Source of the DNA: Nitrosopumilus sp.
GTDB lineage: Archaea; Thermoproteota; Nitrososphaeria; Nitrososphaerales; Nitrosopumilaceae
Assembly (NCBI GenBank): GCA_965238275.1
Contig: OZ250186.1
Coordinates: forward strand, 421,982 to 485,981
Length of the DNA: 64,000 nucleotides
Reading direction: 5' to 3'
The notes under the pieces are model-generated. The model did no database searches and was not told the DNA's origin. It saw only the letters and a list, made by a program, of their open reading frames with translations. This document shows positions 36,299 to 45,473 of the stretch, piece by piece (within the stretch, counting starts at the first letter, position 1; every line of letters begins with the position of its first letter). The position numbers were made by a program, and so were the translations under genes.

Positions 36299-36937
36299 CT
36301 AGACGGAGCTTCCGGACAGGTACTGGTTCCACCTCTCCCTGGCCTGCGGAAGCTCTGCAAGAAGCCACCGGTACCACTTTACAAATTCCCTGGTCTCGTC
36401 TTGAATGTACTCTTCAATCTCTGCGTATCTGCCGGTGCCATACCAGTTCGGCACCGACATGCCGCTCTGCCTCTTGCCGGTAATCTTGTCAAGGCCCGAG
36501 TCCTTGAACTCGCCGCGGTTCATCATGATTCCGACGCTGTGCAGGTCCACGCACGGATGCGACAGCACGTCTATCGCCGGCAGTCCGTGCATCCGGGATT
36601 TTGCAAGCAGGAACCTGTGCTCAAATCCCAGGTTGTAGCCGATGGGAATAAAGTCAAACTTGTACATGTTGGTTATGGGGGTGCCATAGACAAGCTGGGA
36701 GAGCATTCCCCTCTCCCCGAGTTCCCACTCCTTGAGGATGGACAGCTCGCCGACGGGCCTTCCCGTTCCGCGCTCCAGCTCCTGATACTGGATGGTAATG
36801 ATGCTGCTGTTGCCGGGATCCAGACCCGTAGTCTCTATGTCCAGATAATAATTGGCCATACTGGGGTTGGCCCTATCATGTTTAAATACGAATTGGCCCT
36901 CCTCCCGCACGGGGCCACACGCCAGGAAGCCACGCAT
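36299..36937 (-). CDS. DEDD-type 3'-5' exonuclease (RNase H-like fold)
   Basis: YYLDIETTGLDP ExoI motif. 212 aa. Confidence 0.7.
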   Translation of the reverse strand: MRGFLACGPVREEGQFVFKHDRANPSMANYYLDIETTGLDPGNSSIITIQYQELERGTGRPVGELSILKEWELGERGMLSQLVYGTPITNMYKFDFIPIGYNLGFEHRFLLAKSRMHGLPAIDVLSHPCVDLHSVGIMMNRGEFKDSGLDKITGKRQSGMSVPNWYGTGRYAEIEEYIQDETREFVKWYRWLLAELPQARERWNQYLSGSSV

Positions 36938-36981
36938 GGCGGTTCAGGCAGGATCCAGGGATGGGGCATCTACTACTACTA

Positions 36982-37614
36982 CTACCAGGACTGGTCAAAC
37001 CGGGCCGGATCCACCACGTTAAACCCGGATACCAGAAACTTCCCGTCACTCTCCCGAAAGACGTTGAGGGATCCGTTTGCTATTATCATCTCAAAGAGGT
37101 TCACGGGGGAGAGGGTGAGCGCACTTGAGAGCATCGCCTTTATGGGATCCATGTGGGTTACCAGCACCACGTTTTTGTCCGGATGCACCTCCGCGACATG
37201 GCTGACCATCCCCTGTACGCGCTTTTTGACCTGCACAAACGTCTCCACCCCGTTGTGCGCAATCTCCAGCTCCCCGTTGTAAAACTTTAGGAACACGTTT
37301 CCGTGATTCTCGTATACCTCATTGTATCCCATGCCGGTAAACTTGCCCATGTCAAGCTCAGTCAGGCGCTCGTCAATCACAACATCAATGGAGTTTGCGC
37401 GCCCCACGATTTGGGCAGTCTCACTTGCCCTCTGAATCGGGCTGGAATACACTGCAGATATCTTCATGCCGCCCAGCAGCTCTGCTGCGTGCTCTGCCTG
37501 CCCTATTCCCTCGTCAGTCAGCGGGAATCCCGGCGTCCTTCCTGCCAGGATCTTCTCTACGTTGTTTTTTGCCTGGCCGTGCCGCAGGAAGATAATATTT
37601 CCCAACCTGTCCAA
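36982..37614 (-). CDS. histidine phosphatase family protein (phosphoglycerate mutase-like)
   Basis: IIFLRHGQAKNN (RHG), SPIQRASETA, LVTHMDPIKA. Confidence 0.85.
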   Translation of the reverse strand: MDRLGNIIFLRHGQAKNNVEKILAGRTPGFPLTDEGIGQAEHAAELLGGMKISAVYSSPIQRASETAQIVGRANSIDVVIDERLTELDMGKFTGMGYNEVYENHGNVFLKFYNGELEIAHNGVETFVQVKKRVQGMVSHVAEVHPDKNVVLVTHMDPIKAMLSSALTLSPVNLFEMIIANGSLNVFRESDGKFLVSGFNVVDPARFDQSW

Positions 37615-37655
37615 GATTCAAATAGAGCTAATAATAACATTATCAGAGAATCATC

Positions 37656-38327
37656 ATGAAGATAGGCATTATTGGCGGAACCGGCGGAATGGGCAAGGGA
37701 TTTGCCCTGAGATGGTCACAGAACCACGACGTCATCGTCGGCTCAAGGGATGCTGCGCGGGCATCTGATGCTGCTGCAGAGTATACAAAGCTGGCAGTAG
37801 AGGCATATGGCAGAATAAATGGGACCATCACCGGAAACGACAACGCCTCAGTTGCCAGGGAAAGCGACGTGCTTATCCTGTCAATCCAGTATGATAATAT
37901 CGACTCGACGTGCTCTGCAATACTGCCTGAAACAAGGGAGGACTGCGTGGTGGTCTCCCCGATAGTCCCCATGACAAAGACTGACGTGGGATTCGAGTTC
38001 ATTCCAATCAAGGAGGGCAAGCCGTTTTCATACCAGATGGTCTCAAAGCACATCAGGGATCCTTCAAGGCTCGTCTCTGCGTTTCACGTGATATCGGAAA
38101 AAAAGCTTGCAAACCCCAAGCTGACGCTTGACTATGACATATTTGTCTGCGGGGACGGCAAGGAGGCAGTGAATACTGTCAACTCCCTGATAGGCGAGAT
38201 CGAGGGGCTCAGGCCGATCTATCTGGGGCCCGGAGAGCTCTCATACATGGCAGAGATTGCCACGCCGCTGCTCCTCAACGCAATGATACGCAACAAGATA
38301 AGAAACCCCGGCATCAAGATCGTCTGA
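37656..38327 (+). CDS. npdG: NADPH-dependent F420 reductase
   Basis: MKIGIIGGTGGMGKGFALRW Rossmann N-terminus. 223 aa. Confidence 0.75.
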   Translation: MKIGIIGGTGGMGKGFALRWSQNHDVIVGSRDAARASDAAAEYTKLAVEAYGRINGTITGNDNASVARESDVLILSIQYDNIDSTCSAILPETREDCVVVSPIVPMTKTDVGFEFIPIKEGKPFSYQMVSKHIRDPSRLVSAFHVISEKKLANPKLTLDYDIFVCGDGKEAVNTVNSLIGEIEGLRPIYLGPGELSYMAEIATPLLLNAMIRNKIRNPGIKIV

Positions 38328-38333
38328 ACGGAA

Positions 38334-38579
38334 TTGAGCCACGAATACTACAGGAGGGGCAGGAACTGGTTTACTGCAATCGGGGTGCTGTTTTTGGTCA
38401 TGGCCGGAATCGTGCTGATACAGCAGGTCCTGATATGGGGCCCCGAGTTTGCCCTGGACTTTCTGCTAAACGCAGAGTTTACCAACGAAAAGGTCTCAGT
38501 GGCGATGCTGGGGTTTGGCATTTTTATGATAGTGCTTGGACTGAGAAGGCATGGCAGCAGCAGCAACAGACAGGCATGA
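38334..38579 (+). CDS. hypothetical small 2-TM membrane protein
   Basis: 81-aa ORF with two hydrophobic helices. Confidence 0.35.
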   Translation: MSHEYYRRGRNWFTAIGVLFLVMAGIVLIQQVLIWGPEFALDFLLNAEFTNEKVSVAMLGFGIFMIVLGLRRHGSSSNRQA

Positions 38580-38961
38580 GTTTCTAGGAAGCCAGAAGAT
38601 ACTGCGCCTGGGGACAGTCGGGCCAGACGGCATGCCGCATGTGGTGCCGGTATGGTACTGGTATGGCCAGGACACGTTTCACATCGGGACAAACACCAAG
38701 ACCAAGAAGGCAAGAAACGTGATGAACAACAGCCGCGTCTCGTTCTGCGTGGATGTGGGGGTGAACGCGCCTGACATCTGCGGGGTCATGGGGTACGGGG
38801 AGGCCGGCCTCATCCGGGACGAAAGGGTCCGTCCCATTGCAGAGAGGATCCTTGAAAGGTACTACGACACCCTGGAGAATCCTGCCGCACAGGAGCTGCT
38901 AAGGGATACAGACTGCATAATAGAGATAGTCCCGCAAAACACCACTATGTGGAGGTTCTGA
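38551..38961 (+). CDS. pyridoxamine 5'-phosphate oxidase-family (F420/FMN-binding split-barrel) protein
   Basis: LRLGTVGPDGMPHVVPVWYWY, then KARNVMNNSRVSFCVD. Confidence 0.75.
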   Translation: MAAAATDRHEFLGSQKILRLGTVGPDGMPHVVPVWYWYGQDTFHIGTNTKTKKARNVMNNSRVSFCVDVGVNAPDICGVMGYGEAGLIRDERVRPIAERILERYYDTLENPAAQELLRDTDCIIEIVPQNTTMWRF

Positions 38962-40126
38962 CAAAGTCCTCGATCTTGGAGAGGGCCCGCTCCAGCACGT
39001 CCATTCCCGGAAGGTACACCAGCCTGAAGTGGCCGCTGCCGTACGTCGTGCCGAATCCGGAACCGTGCACCGTCAGGACTCCCTTGGACTCCAGCAGGTT
39101 CAGGACAAACTCCTTGTCGGTTCCAAGGGCATCGTTTTCTATCTTGGGAAACACGTAAAACGCGCCGGACGGAACCGGGCAGGACAGTCCCGGGATCTCG
39201 TTGAGCCTCTTTACCACAAAGTCCCTGTGAGTCCTAATCTGGGAGACAAAGTCTTGTATGTACCCCTGCGGGCCTCGGAGGGATTCAAGGGCTGCATACT
39301 GGAAGGGGAGGTTTGGGCCAATCCTGACCCTTGCCAGCTTGGGCAGGTGCTCGCGTATTGCCTCAAGCCTGGGGGACTGGTTGAATGCGATGTATCCCAT
39401 GCGCCAGCCTGTCATCAGGTGCACCTTGGAGAACCCGTTAAGCACGATTACCGGCAGATCCTGTGATACGCTGCCCACGCCTGCAAACTTGCCGTCAAAG
39501 ATTATCTGGTCGTATATCTCGTCGCATATGATGTACAGGTCGTGCTCGGCTGCGACGTTTACCACCTCCTGAAGGGACTTTTTGTCAAACACGGCACCCG
39601 TCGGGTTGTTGGGGCTGATGAGGCATATTGCAACGGTTCTTGGCGTGATCTTTGATCTTATGTCGTCTATGTCAGGCGTGGAGTGCTCCAAGTCCACTGC
39701 AAATTCCACCGGAATGCCGCCGTGCAGGCGGACGTATGATGCGTACGGCGGATAGTATGGTCCGGACAGTAGAACCTCGTCGCCATCCTCCACTATGGAG
39801 GACATTATCATGTCAAGGCCTTCGGAGACGCCGTTGGTGACCAGGATGTCGTCTGCGCCGGCTGTCAGTCCCTTGGATGCCTCCTTTTGTGCGATTGCCT
39901 CCCGGAGTTCGGGGATGCCTTCTGACGGCGAATAATAGTTGTCACCACGGTTAATGGCATCAATCAATGCCTGCCTGACGTTGTCTGGCGGCTGAAAGCC
40001 AAATTGTACCGGGTCGCCAATGTTCAGATAGTCGACCTGCATTCCCCTCTGCTGTACCTTTCTTGCCGCAAGCACCACGTCCCTGATGGCATATTCGACT
40101 TCTGCCACCTTTCTGGAGATCTTCAA
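38945..40126 (-). CDS. class I/II aminotransferase (Ala/Asp aminotransferase-like); proposed TTG start at 40126
   Basis: YAIRDVV, NIGDP, PNNPTG, PLP-Lys motif NGFSKVHLMTGWRMGY. The longer tracked ORF (to 40327) overlaps a tRNA on the other strand. Confidence 0.85.
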   Translation of the reverse strand: MKISRKVAEVEYAIRDVVLAARKVQQRGMQVDYLNIGDPVQFGFQPPDNVRQALIDAINRGDNYYSPSEGIPELREAIAQKEASKGLTAGADDILVTNGVSEGLDMIMSSIVEDGDEVLLSGPYYPPYASYVRLHGGIPVEFAVDLEHSTPDIDDIRSKITPRTVAICLISPNNPTGAVFDKKSLQEVVNVAAEHDLYIICDEIYDQIIFDGKFAGVGSVSQDLPVIVLNGFSKVHLMTGWRMGYIAFNQSPRLEAIREHLPKLARVRIGPNLPFQYAALESLRGPQGYIQDFVSQIRTHRDFVVKRLNEIPGLSCPVPSGAFYVFPKIENDALGTDKEFVLNLLESKGVLTVHGSGFGTTYGSGHFRLVYLPGMDVLERALSKIEDFVRTST

Positions 40127-40170
40127 AGTGTTTAGACAGGTATTTAGACACGTTAAAGTCTTATCTTTTT

Positions 40171-40245
40171 GGACTCGTAGCACAGTCAGGATAGTGCGGG
40201 CGGCTTCGGACCGCCAGGTCAAGGGATCGAAGCCCTTCGAGCCCT
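40171..40245 (+). tRNA. tRNA-Arg (anticodon TCG), with A3:C70 mismatch and A54 T-loop
   Basis: Hand-folded. Acceptor GGACTCG/CGAGCCC. D stem GCAC/GTGC. Anticodon stem GGCGG/CCGCC with loop CTTCGGA. T arm AAGGG-ATCGAAG-CCCTT. Confidence 0.75.
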
Positions 40246-40403
40246 CTTTATCTACACAATGATATCCGAGGATGGCGTGAATTACTACCGGCAGAATCTG
40301 CGCATATCCTATATGCTGTGGAGGCATCAGGATTTATGCCGAATCTCTCATCAAAAGCGGCACTCAGCTGACATTATAAGACGCAGTCTGCGCCGGTAAT
40401 AAG

Positions 40404-40895
40404 ATGAAGGTATCCATGTTCAGAATAGGACTGGCGCTGGTAATCATCGGAATAATCTGGATATCGCTCGTGTTTGCAGATGCCGGAAAGACCCACATGA
40501 CCACGCTCCTAAAGCAGTCAGAATCAGCCGAGGTGGGTATGGAATTCTCCGGTACGGGTATAGGATTCTATCGCATTCACATGCCAGAGTTTGCCGGAGA
40601 CAAAGTGTTTGCACAGGTACGGGATCCTGCCAACAACGTAATGCAGGAGCAGATGGTCCAGACAAGGATGTTGGTGGACTACTTTGAGTATGACGCAGAC
40701 GGAGGGCATTCGGTCATACTGACAAACATCTCCGGGGATCCGATTGTACTCGAGGCGGATCTTGGGGAGACGAACTCGCAAGAGATGATGCCTGCAGGAA
40801 TCATGATTCTGGCCGGATCCGCTGCCATGATGGTAATGGCCTATCTGAGGATTACCTCCTACAGCACCGAACAGCCCGACGAGAATATCTCATAG
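40404..40895 (+). CDS. hypothetical protein with N- and C-terminal TM segments
   Basis: 163-aa ORF, signal-anchor-like start and hydrophobic C-terminus. Confidence 0.45.
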   Translation: MKVSMFRIGLALVIIGIIWISLVFADAGKTHMTTLLKQSESAEVGMEFSGTGIGFYRIHMPEFAGDKVFAQVRDPANNVMQEQMVQTRMLVDYFEYDADGGHSVILTNISGDPIVLEADLGETNSQEMMPAGIMILAGSAAMMVMAYLRITSYSTEQPDENIS

Positions 40896-41461
40896 ACTGG
40901 TATGCACTGGATTACATGCCCGAATATCAAAACCAGATTGAAGCCAAGCCACACCACAAAGAACAGGAACGTCACCGCCGAAAACGGCAGCAACCACCTG
41001 AGCCTGGTATGTTCCATTCCCTTGAGGATTAGCAGCGCGCCCAGGGATCCCAAGACCAGCCCGAACTCAAGCGGCTGGTGTGACCAGGAGACCAGCCCGT
41101 CGATTCCAAACATGTCATGGGATATGGAATCGGCAAAGCCCGATGCCATCTGGATAGCACCGCCAACTATTACCAGTTTGATTCCGGTCCTGATAATGCC
41201 GCGCACCATGCCGCGCACCATGCCGCGCACCAGCAGAACGCCCCCCAGAATTCCTGCGCATGCAGTCATGGATACCCCGGTGTACACCACTATGTGCGGG
41301 GCACTCCAGAAGAATTCCGGCTCCTGCAGGATGTGCGATATGGCATCCCAGAACCCGGCAGACACGACCACCACGGGCCCTGCCACTGCAAGGATCGCAA
41401 GGGGCAGGATGGATTTGAACCCTGCAATCCTTGAACCGGCGATTCGCGGGAGCAGTCTCAT
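40859..41461 (-). CDS. hypothetical polytopic membrane protein
   Basis: 200 aa, about 6 hydrophobic helices. Contains GMVRGMVRGI, encoded by a 12-bp x3 repeat at 41198-41233. Confidence 0.5.
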   Translation of the reverse strand: MRLLPRIAGSRIAGFKSILPLAILAVAGPVVVVSAGFWDAISHILQEPEFFWSAPHIVVYTGVSMTACAGILGGVLLVRGMVRGMVRGIIRTGIKLVIVGGAIQMASGFADSISHDMFGIDGLVSWSHQPLEFGLVLGSLGALLILKGMEHTRLRWLLPFSAVTFLFFVVWLGFNLVLIFGHVIQCIPVYEIFSSGCSVL

Positions 41462-41505
41462 TCTGAATATACACCATAAATGGCATATTTGAATTGCAGG
41501 GCAAT

Positions 41506-41552
41506 AGAGGATTCTGTAGTGTTATGGGGTGGCAGATATGGATCTTCTCTGG
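41506..41552. repeat. dispersed 47-48-nt repeat, copy A
   Basis: AGAGGATTCTGTAGTGTTATGGGGTGGCAGATATGGATCTTCTCTGG. About 80 percent identical to 57274-57321, including 17 identical terminal nt. Confidence 0.7.
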
Positions 41553-42258
41553 ATTGAAAACGTGCCTATCAGGAAGTGGTGGTGGTGGTGGTGGTGGCAG
41601 CGACGTTCAAACCGCCGTCAGTCATGCCATCGGTATTGAAAGGCCCCGGCCCGTTTTGGTGATCAGGTCATGAAACACCAGAGTCACACTACTTGTTAGC
41701 TGGCAATGATGCTCAGATACTGCCTGTCTTTACGGCCATCTGAAAATTCGGAGATCATCCAAGACCCTTCAAACTCCAGCAGAATGACATGGAATTTGAA
41801 AATCTGACATTACGGCTTATATGCTAAAATCCTTAACTGGCCACATGGTTTTGAGGCAAGTAAAACCCATGGATGGCAAACAATGGGAACAGGTAACCAG
41901 TCAATTGAAATCAGGTTCCACTGAGAAATCCATCAGTACCGTGGAGGCTGCCCTAAAGCGTGCCAGTAAATTGAAAGAAGCGTAGCCCTCATTCGGGTCA
42001 TGGTTCCAGATATTATTGATTTTGGCAATGACATTTCTACTGTCATGCCCGACCCAGTCATGCCCAAAGACACCGAATTTGAATGCAAAAACATCATACA
42101 CGCAGTAGCTGCCACAACAATCCGAGCACTTTTGGCAAAAATTACACCAGTCACATGACTAAATCCCACATCATGCAGGTTTCATGCAAATGCCAGACAA
42201 ATGCATCAAAATACGCATTGGCCGGCGGGCTGACCAGCTGACAGAGTTGGCGTGTATT

Positions 42259-43248
42259 TTACAACCCGGCGGCGTTGGCAGAGGATTCCAGCACCAGCCG
42301 GTCTAACATCTCCCTGATTTTTCGGTGTCCGGGGATCTTTATCAGGCGCTGCTGGCAACATGTTATCGCCTTTTCGTACTCGCCCAACTCTGCTAGGATA
42401 TCTGCCTTGTGGATGTAGAGATCGTTCTCGTTCAGGTCTATGTCCAGCGCTTTATTGAGTATCTTTATTGCACCTGCCGGATCCCCCTCTCTGCGTACGA
42501 TTATGGCCAGGGCGATGTATGCCGGGATGGTAATTTTTTCCAGTTTTAGCGCCCTGAGGGCAAGCCTTTCTGCCTTCTTCATGTTGCCGATCATGGCCAT
42601 GACAATGGCACGGCCTGCAAGCATCCCTGAATCATTTCTGAACCTATAACTCCACTTGTCGTAGAGTTCTGCTGCCTCGTGCAGCCGGCCCATCTCAATC
42701 AACACTTCTGCCTTGTTGTTGATTGTTGAGACATCCGGCCTAGAAGCAAGATCCTCGTCGCACAGTGCAATTGCCTCATCAAGTTTTTTCATGTGTACAA
42801 ATATTGTGTCTCTGATGTCATTGACGCGCTTTCCTATTACTTGCTCTAGCCTCTCAAGCGTGCTTAGCGCCTCCTCGTATTTGCCATGGTTTATGGCAGA
42901 AAGCGTCTCGGTAAGAAGTACATGCCGTTGATCACTGCGCATCTCTATCATTCCCCTGACAAGGTCTGCCCTGAACTCGTCTGTGCCTGCAATACGTTCC
43001 ACATCAACACCCTCACCTATTTTTCGCCCATCGAGCTCTTTTCCCACCGCGTCTATTAAATTATCTAACGCGTCAAACCTGTGCAGGTCCGGCTCTCCCT
43101 CAATGCCGAACCGCCTTACCAACCCGTGATTCTTGGATGCGTGTGTATCACGTGAATGCCCTGCGCTTGCCTTGGATCCATTTCTGTGCTTCATCCGTAC
43201 CGGTAGTATACACGTGTGACATTTGAGTTTATGTGTAGTTGAGGCCAT
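42259..43248 (-). CDS. TPR-repeat protein
   Basis: Repeated 34-residue A/Y/L-rich helical units along the C-terminal 250 aa. Confidence 0.7.
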   Translation of the reverse strand: MASTTHKLKCHTCILPVRMKHRNGSKASAGHSRDTHASKNHGLVRRFGIEGEPDLHRFDALDNLIDAVGKELDGRKIGEGVDVERIAGTDEFRADLVRGMIEMRSDQRHVLLTETLSAINHGKYEEALSTLERLEQVIGKRVNDIRDTIFVHMKKLDEAIALCDEDLASRPDVSTINNKAEVLIEMGRLHEAAELYDKWSYRFRNDSGMLAGRAIVMAMIGNMKKAERLALRALKLEKITIPAYIALAIIVRREGDPAGAIKILNKALDIDLNENDLYIHKADILAELGEYEKAITCCQQRLIKIPGHRKIREMLDRLVLESSANAAGL

Positions 43249-43446
43249 GGCAATCCATACCTGCCGGCCGTTAATCCGGAAAATTCCATGGATGGGCCCC
43301 CAGAATGTCGTCTCAAAAATGGTTCACAAGAACACGTTATTTCCGGACACTGTAGCACAACAGGTCGGCGTGCAAGTCATTCACATTGCAACATAAAAAC
43401 GAGCAAACACGCCAACAGGGTCAACTATATTTAGACGATACGCGGT

Positions 43447-43695
43447 ATGACTCCCATGAGCCCGGGCATTGGATTAATGAAGAGGCGGCTGGAAAAGGAG
43501 CGCGATGCCGTTGCCCTGGCCGTATCAGGAATTGCAAAGAGATACGAGGTGGCGCCGGACGGCATCAGCACCCTTGAGACAAAGTACGACGATGACGCAG
43601 GCGACTGGTATGTGGCACTCGGATGGGACACGAAGAGGGCCGTAGTCAGGATGGACTCTGTCCAGGCGACGATAATCGAGATTAACGAGATCTGA
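43447..43695 (+). CDS. hypothetical small protein
   Basis: 82-aa ORF directly upstream of the mtnA-like gene. Confidence 0.35.
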   Translation: MTPMSPGIGLMKRRLEKERDAVALAVSGIAKRYEVAPDGISTLETKYDDDAGDWYVALGWDTKRAVVRMDSVQATIIEINEI

Positions 43696-43711
43696 TCTGC
43701 TCGTTTTAAAT

Positions 43712-44788
43712 ATGGAGCATTCCCTTCGGCATAAAGTGAACACCGCTTACTCGTCTCTTAGAACCGTGGAGTGGAAGGACGGCCGGGTAATAATGATCGA
43801 CCAGACCAGACTGCCAAACGAGCTTATTCTTGTAGAGTATGACAGATGGGAGCAGGTGGCAGAGGCCATCAAGACGCTTGTCGTGCGCGGGGCACCTGCA
43901 ATAGGGGTATCAGGCGCATTCGGCCTGGCACTTGCAGCACAGCAGAGTGACGCTGCATCCCGCGAGGAGATGCTGTCTGACCTGAACGTGGCAAAAAAGG
44001 CACTCTTTGAGACAAGGCCGACTGCGGTAAACCTCGGATGGGGCTTGGAGAAGATTATGGGTGTCGCACGGGCAGCAGACACGGTACAGCAGATAAGAGA
44101 GGACGTAGTCTCTGCTGCCAGGATGATGGCAGACGAGGACATCAGGATTAACCGCGCCATGGGGAAGAACGGCTCTGCGCTGTTTGATGACAACGATACC
44201 GTAATGACACACTGCAACGCAGGCGCCCTTGCGACAGTATCCTACGGGACCGCGCTTGGCGTCATCCGGGCCACCAGGGAGAGCGGAAAGAACGTCAGGG
44301 TGATTGCGACTGAGACGAGGCCCGTCCAGCAGGGCTCGAGGCTTACGGCCTTTGAGTTGAAGCACGACGGCTTTGACGTGAGGCTGATTCCGGACACGGC
44401 AGTCGGATACACCATGGCAAACGGGCTAGTCGACAAGGTGGTGGTTGGCGCAGACAGGATAGTAAGGACGGGGCACGTGTTCAACAAGATCGGGACGTAC
44501 CAGGTGGCAACCATGGCCAGGCAGCACAACATTCCGTTCTATGTGGCAGCCCCGCTATCCACCATAGACATGAAGGGGGACGCCAAGGATATCGTAATCG
44601 AGATGCGCAAGGGAAGCGAGGTTACGGGGACCGGTCCTGGCAGGACCGCCCCTGAGGACGTCGATGTGATCAACCCGGCCTTTGATGTGACCCCTCCAGA
44701 ACTAGTCTCGGGGATCATCACCGAGAAGGGGGTGGCGTTTGCGCCGTATGCAGAGTCCATCCCAAAGTTATTTGAAGCTAATTTATAG
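43712..44788 (+). CDS. mtnA: eIF-2B alpha/beta/delta-family isomerase (methylthioribose-1-phosphate or ribose-1,5-bisphosphate isomerase)
   Basis: MIDQTRLPNE, VRGAPAIGVSGAFGLALA, VGADRI. 358 aa. Confidence 0.8.
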   Translation: MEHSLRHKVNTAYSSLRTVEWKDGRVIMIDQTRLPNELILVEYDRWEQVAEAIKTLVVRGAPAIGVSGAFGLALAAQQSDAASREEMLSDLNVAKKALFETRPTAVNLGWGLEKIMGVARAADTVQQIREDVVSAARMMADEDIRINRAMGKNGSALFDDNDTVMTHCNAGALATVSYGTALGVIRATRESGKNVRVIATETRPVQQGSRLTAFELKHDGFDVRLIPDTAVGYTMANGLVDKVVVGADRIVRTGHVFNKIGTYQVATMARQHNIPFYVAAPLSTIDMKGDAKDIVIEMRKGSEVTGTGPGRTAPEDVDVINPAFDVTPPELVSGIITEKGVAFAPYAESIPKLFEANL

Positions 44789-44825
44789 AAAGTTTTTATT
44801 GTTTTTAAAATCCTACCTTTACAAT

Positions 44826-45467
44826 ATGAGTGCAGTTTCATCGCATGCAGTAGAGGATTCCCTCAGGCAGTGCATGGATCCCGAGGTTCCGCTAAACATA
44901 GTCGAGATGGGGCTCATCTACGGGATCGACGTGGCTGAAAACAACGACGTCAACATCAAGATGACCATGACGACTCAGGGCTGCCCGCTCCATGAGACCC
45001 TGGTGCAGGATGCTACAAGGTACGTAAAGAGGGTTCCAGGTGTCAACAACGTCAACGTGGACATCGTGTGGGATCCCCCATGGTCCATGGACAAGATGTC
45101 AGATGAGGCAAAGCAGAAGATAAAGAACATGGGTGCGGGGGGCATGAACACGCCGGCGCCGATAAACTACGACACCGCCCTTCCCCAGGGAGTCGGCAAG
45201 ATCGTCCAGCAGGAGGACGGCGCCATGGTGCTGCTAAACGAGCACGAGCAGGGATTCATGGTGAACCAGGCAATAATCGACTTTTGGAAGTCATGCAACG
45301 GGCACCGCAAGGTGACTGACCTTGTGGACATCTTTGCAAGCCAGACCGGGCTGCAGAGGGGCCAGGTGGAAAAGGAGGTAATGCAGCTGTTGCAGCAGCT
45401 TCGCGACGGAGGACTGATTGCCATTGCAGGCCAGCCCGAGGTCTCAAACGTCGAGTTCAAGAGATGA
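44826..45467 (+). CDS. fusion of DUF59/MIP18 (SufT-like Fe-S assembly) domain and PqqD-like domain
   Basis: N-terminal DPEVPLNIVEMGLIYGI...MTMTTQGCPL. C-terminal FMVNQAIIDFWKSCNGHRKVTDLVDIFA...LLQQLRDGGLI. Confidence 0.6.
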   Translation: MSAVSSHAVEDSLRQCMDPEVPLNIVEMGLIYGIDVAENNDVNIKMTMTTQGCPLHETLVQDATRYVKRVPGVNNVNVDIVWDPPWSMDKMSDEAKQKIKNMGAGGMNTPAPINYDTALPQGVGKIVQQEDGAMVLLNEHEQGFMVNQAIIDFWKSCNGHRKVTDLVDIFASQTGLQRGQVEKEVMQLLQQLRDGGLIAIAGQPEVSNVEFKR

Positions 45468-45473
45468 GACACG

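Noticed and set aside
40127-40327. N-terminal 67-residue extension of the aminotransferase ORF
   Set aside because: It has no similarity to the aminotransferase fold start and overlaps tRNA-Arg on the other strand. A TTG with upstream TATA-like boxes sits exactly where the conserved sequence begins.
41198-41233. 12-bp x3 repeat (GCCGCGCACCAT) as a possible regulatory repeat
   Set aside because: It lies inside a membrane-protein ORF and encodes MVRG-MVRG in a loop, so it is a small coding repeat.
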